Shown here: positions 52,944-64,000 of the stretch, piece by piece
How the letters are laid out: every line of letters begins with the position of its first letter
Position numbering within the stretch: position 1 is the first letter of the stretch
NCBI GenBank assembly: GCA_049999805.1
Contig: JBNGIO010006294.1
Coordinates: 201,108-265,107 of the forward strand
DNA: 64,000 bases
From: Folioceros fuciformis
Taxonomy: Eukaryota
Reading direction: 5' to 3'
Notes under the pieces: model-generated
What the model was told of the DNA's origin: nothing
The model's database searches: none
Seen by the model: only the letters and a program-made list of their open reading frames with translations
Translations under genes and position numbers: made by a program

Positions 52944-54076
52944 CCCTCACCACCGGAAGCTCGTTCCCAAATCAAGCTCCGACCGCCTTCAACACTACAA
53001 TCTGCCGATTCTCCTGACGCCGATCAACCCTCATCGCGGACACACGCTTGCAGCCTCCACCCCAGCCGCCATCAAACCATCCCAGCGAGAAAACATCTCA
53101 TCCAACATCCCGACTACACTCCCTGTGGACTTGAAAGGAATAACGGCTCCTACAACGGAAGAGATATTTGAACTGCTCTGGTGGAATGGTCAATTCGATT
53201 GAACCAATATTTTTTAGTTGAACGGCAAAATCCTGGTTGGGAATCGAACCCACGTCGACTAATGGATGCGAGTGCGAGGTATCATGTCTTCCAGCTGAAT
53301 CTTCACAAAGCTCAGTTCTCACGCATCCCTGTACTACAAATATCATTAAAATATATGAAATTTTTATCTAAATTTACTAGATATAGCATACTATATACGG
53401 ATTATTTAAGAACAATAGTCAAAGAAGAGAAATGTGTAGAAAGACCAGTGATGCCTCCTTTCCTCTCCAGCACGTATTTTAAGCTGGTCATGTATGTACG
53501 TATCGTATGTGAGTGATTTTCATACGTATGGTGCTGGTATAATTCACAGGCGTACGTCTCAACAAGCTTTACGCCACATGCTCTCCTTATTGGGGAAATT
53601 GTTATTACCTTGTTTCCTTGGTGCCTTCTGGACAGGCGATTGGCGAACATGTGGTTACCGATCCAGCGACGGAATCTCCGTGTGAGACGACGAAAACGAA
53701 CCTCACACGTGGGGATGCTGGCAACCAACGCCAGAAACTGGCATCCAGGAAATGCGTCTGCCGTGGAGGCTGTTACTGAGGATCGAGACACAGGATCTTT
53801 GTGCATGATCGATGCGTCGTTTGTGTCTCGTTCCCAACCTCCACAGCAAAGGCTTCCAGGGCTCGCCCCGTCTGCTTTGCAAGAATTCGGGAGCTTCATT
53901 TGTGGATGTAGGCATCTAGCAGCGAGAGCAGTTGATTCCAAGTGGAAGAATTGCTCCGGCGGCGGAGGAAGGTGCGGTGCTGGTTTCTGTTTCTCGAAGT
54001 CAGTAGCCTGTGCCTGAGTCTAAGCGGAATTCAGTTTTTCCTCATTCGTGTGAAAGGCGTGTCACTGCAGTTCAGG

Positions 54077-56694
54077 ATGACGAGAGACTTTGTGGTCATG
54101 CATCCCGTGCTGTGGATGGAGGATCGGATGAAGGATCTGGCAGGCGGTTTGCTGGACGTGCAGAGACGAAGGGACCACTTCGAGAGTTTCCGAGCGCTTG
54201 CCCTAAGGAAGCATCGGACCGTAGAGCGGACGTGGGAGTTTTGGAGCCGAATGGTGGATATTTATGCTGGTTACAAGGTGAGGGACGTCCTCCTTCACGA
54301 AGATACGTTTTCAGCACTATCACGTGCTGCTGCAGCCTCATGCTTTGTTGCCGGACCTGACGATCGTTTCGCAGTTGACGCAAGTTCGGTCGGCATTCGT
54401 GACGGATAAGGCTGAATTGGACCGGATATGGGACCGACAGCATGAGAAGGGTGCCGATCAGCTCTATTCCATGTGTGTGGAGATGAAGGGCTTTTTCCTC
54501 AAGGTCGGCCTGCTCTGGGGAAGTGGCTTGTACTGCGGTGTACTTTTGTAAGGGGTCTTGCTGACTCGTATGCTGTTGAATGGACGATGACAGACAGCTC
54601 AAATTTTAGCTAAGCCTGACTTGGCACCGATGCAATGGGTCAAAAAACTTGTCGTCCTTTGCGACCAAGCACCAGAGACTCCCTTTGAAGTCGTGCAAGC
54701 AGCTTTGGAGAGTCAATTTGGAATGCCACTGGGCGTTGTGTTTGACAGGTTTGACAGAAAGCCTATCGGATCTGCATCTGTGGCTCAGGTTTGCTGCCTC
54801 CTGGCACGACACGACTAGGTGTTTTCAGGAGCTGTTGCAATGGGGTGCTGCTAAGTCTTTGTCTTCGGGCTCTCAAATGTTGTCCAGCTCACGAGGTTGA
54901 ACTCCTGCAGGTTCACAGAGCACGTCTGAAGGGTGCCTTAGGAGACGTTGCTGTGAAGGTACGTGGGAATACAACACCGGTGTGTTGGCAGGGGTGTGTA
55001 AACGAGGAAGAGGTGAGCATCTGTTTTGCGGACTTTGCAGGTACAGCATCCAGGGGCTGAGGAGCTCATGATGACAGACATTAGGAATCAGAAAGCGTTT
55101 GCAGGATTTCTCCAACGATTCGATGTCAAGTTTGATCTTGTCACAGTTGTACAAGAAATAGAAGATCAGGTATACTGGTCTTCATAGAGCCTACGCAGGC
55201 CTTAAGGTTGTTATCCATGATTCTGTTCTTCGCGATTGAAGACTATTCAAGGGTTCCAAACATTTTGCAGGAAGAATAATGTATCCTCATATGCTGAACT
55301 TGTTTCAGGTAGCGCATGAGTTTGATTTCAGGAAGGAAGCACGTTCAATGGATAGAATTGCTCAAGCTCTGTCGGTCAACGGAAAGTCACCGGTTGCTGT
55401 GCCTCGTTCTGTTCCAGGGATGGTTTCCAGGTGAACAAGAGCGGGTTTGGGCCCTTCTAAACTGGCGTGTTGTTTTAGTTTAGTTGGTCTGCTTGCTGCT
55501 GAACGAGTCTGAGTGACTGTGACCGCGTGATTGATGACTGTCTTATTGTCATGCAGGCGAGTGTTGGTCATGGACTTTTTGGAGGGAACTCCAATCATAA
55601 AGTTAGGAGATGAAATGGCTAAGCGAGGAATCAACCCCAACGGGAGGATTGCAACCATGGCCAAGAAGTAAGTGATCGGCTTACAGCAAGCAGTTTAGAC
55701 AAGTGTGTGGGGGTTGATCAGTGCAGCGGCTGTTCGACGAGTCGTGTACTCATCCGGCTTTTTGTTGCAGGAATATGATAAAAGATTTAACGACGGCGTA
55801 TGGTCAGATGATCTTAAGAGACGGGTTTTTCCAGGCAGATCCGCATCCAGGAAATATTCTTGTCAATGGCCAGGGAAAGGTATGTGGTCGTCACAGACCC
55901 TCTGCTTGTAGCTGCCAGTCCAGATGCTTGCAAGCTGATAAGCAGAATTGGTGTGAGGGTCATTTGCTCCTTCTAGGAATTGAGAAGCTGATGAAATTTT
56001 TGTTGAAAGGTTGCACTGCTGTGTCACAGAAGCTGACAAATTGTTGGTGAAAGGTTGCATTGCTGGACTACGGACAGACGAAGGAGTTAACGCGACGGGA
56101 GCGACTTGGATTTGCTAAGGTCGTTTTGGGGCTGGCAACCTCCAATGTCACTCAACTGGGTACATCGTTCAAGTATGCCTGTCTGCTTTGACTGTGTTCA
56201 GACCACGTACTTCGCTATGGTATGTGCTACTAATGGGTGAGCGTTGTGGCTGGCAGGGAGCTCGGAATAAAAACCGACAAGTCTGCAAGCGAAGACCCGC
56301 AGTCGTTCAAGACCTTGGCTACGCTCATATTCGACACCCAACTGCCTCCAGGAATGACGGTAGCAAGCCCTTTCGGCGACGACACGATATTGAAGGCGAT
56401 CTCTGTGGATGTGAGCACCCACCAAACCTCTTTCTACGGTTGTGACGCAATTTGGATTCACCGCTTTGTCCTGCTGTGCAGAACTTTCCGAAGGACATGT
56501 TCTTCGTATTAAGGACTGTGCACTTGCTGAGGGGATTGAGTATGGCCATGGGCGTTCCGTACTCGTCGTCCCAGATGTGGAAATCTCTGGCCGAAGAAGT
56601 ATTGACCTCTGCAGGCGAATTGCCAAATCCTTCTCCCTCCTCCCAGTCTCTAGGTAAAGGCCCAGTCTTTTCAGCAATCTGCAGTCACAGTTGA
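54077..56694 (+). CDS. ABC1/UbiB atypical kinase, ABC1K10-like (At5g50330/At4g24810 type), multi-exon
   Basis: FWSRMVDIYAGYK, GFFLK, LCDQAPETPF, PIGSASVAQ|VHRA, VAVK|VQHPG, EFDFRKEA, GFFQADPHPGNIL, LLDYGQ, FPKDMFFVLRTVHLLRGL. Start uncertain; a possible upstream exon ends at ~53971. Confidence 0.92.
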
Positions 56695-58974
56695 ACTGTT
56701 GTATCAACAGCAGTTTAATTTTCTGCGGCTGTTGCAGATCATCAGTTGAGGTCTGCGAAGTCAAAGGAGGGAACTCCTAGGAAATTTATGCGGGACAAGA
56801 GGAGAACATACCGCAGAGAGTCTGAATCATCCTAGGCAGGCGTATTCTGTACCTTCGCAAGTTGGTGGGTGGACATGCCCCACGGTCTCTGGCCATCTCT
56901 CTTTCTATGTATCTGTAGTCGGTGACGTCATTGGAACAAAATGCCTCCTCCCGAGATTCTTTCATCTTGGAATAATTTATGATTCCATTTATGGAAGCGC
57001 TCCCGGGTCTAATTCCCATTGCCTTCGGATGCACTGAACGTGTCAAGGTACATAGTCCGCGATGGACGTCAGTTGTGAACATCTTCAGCAAGTGAGCTAT
57101 GGACAAATCCGTGGAAGAAGATGTCCCCGTCCAAGGGAGCACGACATTGGCTGCCGCAGAGAACACGATATTGAAAGAGGTGCTTGACAAGCAGGAGTCT
57201 CTCGTAGAAGGGCCCGCAAAGGTTAGCTTGCCTGAGGGTGAAGCTACAGCAGCCTTCCAAGAGGACGTGCGGCGACAGGAATCTGCCTTGGAGCAGTATC
57301 GAAAAATTCAGGAGCAAAGCTTTCCAGACCTACCAATCATAACTGGCCAGCAACTGCTCAAGCTGGTCGCCACTGTGAGAACGTCCAAACACTTGAGTTT
57401 GCGATAGCTAGACGTGTTGCTTGCAAGACAAGCCCTTGATCACTTCCTTTCGTTCGCAGAACTCCGTTGGACTCGAGAAGGGTGCGGTATTGGTGGATTG
57501 CCGATCGGATGCTGAACGCAAGGTTCATGAAGCGTGACACATCGCACATGTTGCAGACTCTTCCGCCACCAGGGCTGAGCACTTGGATTGAACGCAGGTT
57601 TCCATCATCCCGGGCGCAGTGGGGAAAGCAGAGATAGAAGGAAAGTTCTATCAGTTTGCAGATAAGGAGGTCATCGGCTACTGGTACGCCTCACACAAGC
57701 TCCTTTTACTTTGAACCTGTCGCAGGCTTTTCCTCACCAGATCCTCGCTGTCTGCAACTCAGTGCGATTGGAAGGCGATCCGGCAATTTCCTCAACAACC
57801 TGTTGAAGAGGCATCCCCAGCTGAAAGTTCTGAACCTGGCAGGAAGTCTGGTGGACTGGGTGCACCTGGGAGGTCCCCTCGTGGATGGTGTAACTGGGGC
57901 CCCAACAACCCGGCTTGACCTCGGTGGCAACAGTTGGCTCCCCTACTTGCCTACTACCAGAAAAGTCCACTTAGTGACCGAAGCAACGTGACGGTGCATG
58001 TTACATACTTCAGATGTTCACAATTCACTCGAGAAGAAAGTACTGTACCCATGGACGTTGATCACAGCAGCGGCAAGCATCTTAGATAGGGACATCGTTC
58101 ATGATCAAACGCGTGGCCAGACATTCACACACACCAGCCGAAGCATTGTCTCACATAAAGTCATAGAAAAGGAACTATCACACGAATGCAATTTGAGAAC
58201 TAGTGTCATTGTGTGGACAAGACGTAGCTCAACTGTGGCATTTTGGCACTTGGAGAAAAACTGCAAGCCACTGCGACTTCTGGCCACGAGATTATTGCGA
58301 AGCTCCAGCTGCAGTCACGAACAAACGACCAGTCCCACAACCATTCTGTCCACAACACTTGCATCCATCTATCCCGGGGGAGCTGCATGCTCCCTGGAAG
58401 CACGTCAATTGTCCAAAACAGGTCCATATCTTACAGCTGCAAGTCCAATCACAACAGATAACACTCTCAGGTACACGGCAAGCAGACGTTACTTCCATGC
58501 ATGTCTTCAAAAAACTGAAAAGGGGTAGGTAGCCCTGCGAGAAACCTGCACCTTGGAAGGTCTACACGAATCGACTCGTTTACGGACAGCACAGCCTGCA
58601 TGGATGAGGTTGAGATTCTTAGCCAGGAATGCCAGACAGGGCAGGGAAGCAAGAGTACATTTTCATCGGAAATACAGCTGCAAGTTCAGAACTTGCACAA
58701 ATTGCTGATTGCTATATCTGCCTTTTATAGTCCTTGCTGGAACTCCCTCCGTCGGATGTTGCACGTGAATTGCTGTCCAAAAGGATCAAATAAATCAACA
58801 TTTCATACAAGAAAACACCTATCAATCCGTTTTCAGAAGCAAGGATATAAATGGATGTGGCTGTTCTTCCTTGGTGAAAGCCTGGGACGTATGACGGGTT
58901 CCCTCCAACGAGACGCCCAACTTGTTCTCTAGACAGCCTAAGCAGAATTCGTCACAACATGACTGTTTCGCATG

Positions 58975-59516
58975 GCGAGCTGTGAGCTCGCTTGCAAAAA
59001 AAATGTCGTATAACCAAAAAAACAATATATGGGAAGCATGTGTCACACAACTATGAGCCGGCTTGCAACCAATGAGAGGCTGAAGGTCTTACAGCGGAAA
59101 ACTCGGTACATGGCAGTCATACCTTACCCATCCGTGAGGTCGCTGGCAAAAGATAAGGCTGACAGTCTAGCGAGAAAAACCCGCTACATGACAGGCATAT
59201 GTCACCATCTGTGAGCTCGCTGGCAAAATATTAGGATGAATGTCTTACAGCAAAAAACCGCTACATGGCAAGCATATCTCACCCATCCGTGAGGTCGCTG
59301 GCAAAAAATAAGGCTGAATGGCTACAACAAAACCAGGTACATGGCCAGCATATCTCACGCATCCGTGAAGTCGTTACAAAAATTACAACAGAATGGCTAA
59401 AATAAAACCCGCTACGTGGCAGGCATATCTCACCAATCTGTCAGGTCGCTGACAACACATAAGGCTCAATGTCCTACAACAGAAATCTGCTACATGGCAA
59501 GCATTTCTCACCCATC
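58975..59516. repeat. ~75-80-bp degenerate tandem repeat, about 7 units
   Basis: Consensus ccgctacatggcaagcatatctcacccatccgtgaggtcgctggcaaaaaataaggctgaatg..acaacaaaa. Confidence 0.92.
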
Positions 59517-59669
59517 TTTGATTCTTTTCAGAAAACTCTCAGCCATCCTTCGAATGACTTTATTCAATTTGTAGCCAACAAATACTCCAATCGTGAAACT
59601 TGCAACTGCAACCTTGGAGCAGGTTACGGCTGACACGGGAGTATTCCGGTTGATGTTGAGCATATTCAT
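59508..59669 (-). CDS. 53-aa single-pass membrane microprotein of a conserved land-plant type
   Basis: MNMLNINRNTPVSAVTCSKVAVASFTIGVFVGYKLNKVIRRMAESFLKRIKDG has a TM helix and basic amphipathic tail, resembling recalled plant microproteins (GVFVGFTLKRRVRRWASKLLKRLKDD). A CAG acceptor just before the ATG suggests a 5'UTR intron. Confidence 0.65.
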   Translation of the reverse strand: MNMLNINRNTPVSAVTCSKVAVASFTIGVFVGYKLNKVIRRMAESFLKRIKDG

Positions 59670-61236
59670 CCTGCCAAGGGAAAAAGGTATCAAAAACTGA
59701 TATCAGCGTGTAAACCAGGTTAGGCAGGCGCTCGACACAGAAATTTCAGGCAGTGTCAGAGTACAGACTACTACTGCATGTGCTTCCACTAAAACAGGTT
59801 ACCCTATCAACCTGTGAATCCAGGAAATTAAGAGGACAATTTTGGTCGAGCCTCAAACACAGCGTGACTGACGCGAAGTCTGGGATTCCAAACTAGAATT
59901 TTCTAGGTTGTACCTTCCTTTTATTTGTTCTTTCAGCTTAGATTTCTTGCCTCCAGGGGCCCCCCAAGGGAGGAGGCCTTTGGAGACACTAGCCGGGGCT
60001 GCCGTCTTATCTGCCTTGCTCCGTTTTATCCCTCGGAACTTGTTCGTGTTGCTTCTGCTACGTTAAACGCACTTTCATGCAAAGTACTGGCAGCCATAAA
60101 TGAGTCTATCCTAAGAGAGTAGTTCCAGACAGATCATGACCCTGAGATACTAGGTTAATCTCGAAGATCTACTCCCCGACTGAATAAAGCTTCCCCGTCA
60201 GACAGCCAAGAAACATCTGCAGTGCGCAGTCCTCTTAATTTGCAAGCCAGCTGTGACTTTGCAGACAAAAGCGCTGCTTTCGTGCCTTCTTGTAGATCTC
60301 TATCCCATACTTCTAGCGAAAAGCATCCAATCGCAGAAAGGAGTTCCCACCAGCCACGCGGAGAAAGAAAAACAAGCGCTGTCTACATCCACGACAAAAA
60401 CTACCTCCTCACAGAACACGCTACACCTTCCCTTCCGCCGCGAACTCCTGTTCAATTCCGCTCCAACAGAACCAGCGAGACCTAAACACGACAAACACCA
60501 ACGAATTGTTCATCCATTGCGAAACCGCACATGATCCACCGTTTCAAGGAACCAATTCTCCCGCAACAATCTCAATTCCAGCCACGCCACCCACATCACA
60601 GCTACGCCTCACCACATCAACTGCCGCCTGACACCACTCCCGCCACACCCGCACCTCCCCGTGCACGAATGCCGGCACAGAACATAACCAGCCTCCTAAC
60701 CGGGATTTGCACAGCGAGCAGAGAAGAGATGGCGCATTCTCCACAGGCTAAAGCGCCGAGGAAGACGAGAGGCGAAGCTCATTCTCAGGCGCGCCCTTCT
60801 TTCGCTCTCTCTGTATCTCTCCACGCCCAGCATCGTGGCCGTCCAGAGCCTCGTCCGGATCGGACGGTGTGCCCCGCTCGGGTCCGAACCGGCGTGCTTC
60901 GGCATCCAGGCTCGGAAGAATCTGAACAAGATAGAAAGGAGAGAGGAGTAGATGAGAGATCTGGGCGCCTCTAATGCGCCTGCTTTGGCTGCCCATTGGT
61001 AGCGTTAGGGGAATTGCGGCGCCTGGTGATGCCCTTGTGCTGCAGTTGATCTCGTTCTGCGCTTGTTTTCTTTGTCTCAAATCCAATCTTTAGCTATGCT
61101 GAATGCACAGATGCAAATGCAGATGCAGAATCGAATGGAAATGCGCAGCATCTCCGTTGTGTCGCTGTAGGCAGGTGAGGATCTGTGCGTGCGGCAGCAT
61201 CCAGGGAAAAAGCGCTAGAGGAGGAGAAGCAGAAGG

Positions 61237-62823
<1,587 letters not shown>

Positions 62824-63432
62824 TGGTCGAGAACCAAGCTTGGACGTATATCTGGCAAGCTTCCCCTAATATGGCGAGTGACAATTTTGACGGATCATGA
62901 AGGCTATCCTGACTCCTGTGGGCTAGTGAAAGTTGGGTCCATATTTTAGAGGTTGCCTGCCATATGCTGGCAAAGCCAATTCTGTTGGAACACCGACATA
63001 ATTGAGTTCGGTCCCACTCAAACACTTCATGATGCGATGCGATGGCACTGGCGACTAATGCAAGACCAGTGGATACGACCATCTCTTGTACTAGGCGGAA
63101 TCAAAGTGGTTTAACAGTACAAATTTTCAATGGATAACAAAGGAGGAGATAGTGAGGATCTGCGCACAATGCTCTGCCTTCCCGCCAGAACCAGCTCTTT
63201 TGAAGCCCATTCTGTAGACGCAGGTCGCAGGTGTATCTTGCCGCATCATCGACATGGCCTGCAACTGTTCCCATGAATCCACTAAGCATACCTGGATATG
63301 GCAACCCACACAAGAAACTAGTTGTAACTTTTGCAAGAGATGGAGGCGTAACACATCTGGAAAACAAGGACACCAGTGGAGTGGGTATCAACGCAGACAA
63401 GTGACGTACCCACTGGCAAACACATAAATTAG

Positions 63433-64000
63433 TCAATTGCGATGATTAGCACCCTCCACGGCCATCAAACCCTCAGAAGCAACCAGTTCCGGAAGATTCA
63501 AACCCTCGCCGATAGCTTCATTGAACACGAAATCAATCACAAACGTATCACCGAGGCTAAGCTCTTGCTCAAAGTCTAGATCAGCCGCTGCCTCTGGTGC
63601 CGCCTCCATGAAAATTGCAAACTTGTCATCCTCGTCCCCAGAACATGTTGGATAAGGGCGGGCTGACACTTCTGGTGTAGGAGGGGAAACCCGAAATCTT
63701 TTCAAACTCTGGCCGATATAATCATCGAGGCTGAGCTCTGTCTTGAATTGGTTCAGTAGTTTGTCCCGTCGGGAATTAGGGTCGCTTCCAGCAATGGTTG
63801 CTGCGGGGTCATTGCTCTCCCAAAAGTGACGACACACCCAGCCCAACAAGTCAACCTCAACGTCTAGATCAGCCGCTTCCTCTGGTGCCACCTCCATGAA
63901 AATTACAAACTCGTCATCCTCGTCCCCATAACATGTTGGATAAGGGCGGCGGGCTGACACTTCTGGTGTAAGAGGGGAAATCGGATATTTTTTCGAACTC
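63433..64000 (-). CDS. 3' part of an unknown acidic protein with an internal repeat; ORF open at the window edge
   Basis: Frame is open from the edge to the stop at 63433. Segments 63575-63710 and 63863-64000 are duplicated, encoding ISP.TPEVSARPYPTC.GDEDD.F.IFME.APE.AADLD. Confidence 0.5.
   Translation of the reverse strand, partial: SSKKYPISPLTPEVSARRPYPTCYGDEDDEFVIFMEVAPEEAADLDVEVDLLGWVCRHFWESNDPAATIAGSDPNSRRDKLLNQFKTELSLDDYIGQSLKRFRVSPPTPEVSARPYPTCSGDEDDKFAIFMEAAPEAAADLDFEQELSLGDTFVIDFVFNEAIGEGLNLPELVASEGLMAVEGANHRN

Noticed and set aside
58975-59516. CRISPR-like appearance of the regular array (likewise 25655, 49693 and 17923)
   Set aside because: Whole units are homologous with no unique spacers, there are no cas genes, and the context is eukaryotic.
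61105-61130. Similarity to a miR530/miR1030 target site upstream of HEMC
   Set aside because: About four mismatches to the recalled miRNA, and simply explained by a (TGCAGA)n microsatellite.

Overview
Gene-dense eukaryotic nuclear DNA from a land plant, with no rRNA, tRNA or CRISPR features seen. Short GT-AG introns (mostly ~70-120 nt), GC-rich exons, many pentanucleotide microsatellites, a PLS-class PPR gene and an EFCAB11 homologue (a cilia-associated family) point to a seed-free plant with flagellated sperm. A hornwort such as Anthoceros fits best, but that is inference. Genes recognised: secreted PQQ beta-propeller dehydrogenase-like, START-domain protein, GT29 sialyltransferase-like protein with an EGF-like module, plastid NAD(P)-binding Rossmann protein, truncated Em/LEA1, PLS-E+ PPR, ANTH clathrin-assembly protein, EFCAB11-like, a conserved small plant protein (YTSL motif), GMI1/SMCHD1-like, F-box/LRR, ABC1K10-like kinase, a 53-aa membrane microprotein, HEMC, and a partial repeat protein at the right edge. 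Mobile and repetitive DNA: a 5'-truncated RNase H-bearing LINE resembling fungal Tad1/I elements, a decayed SWIM/MULE-type transposase, a 1.35-kb long-TIR element upstream of GMI1, and several minisatellites. The most unusual signal is a ~77-bp tandem array starting in the last codons of the microprotein gene, where each unit reads as a GT..AG mini-intron plus a 15-nt microexon. Family assignments come from recalled motifs, not database searches.
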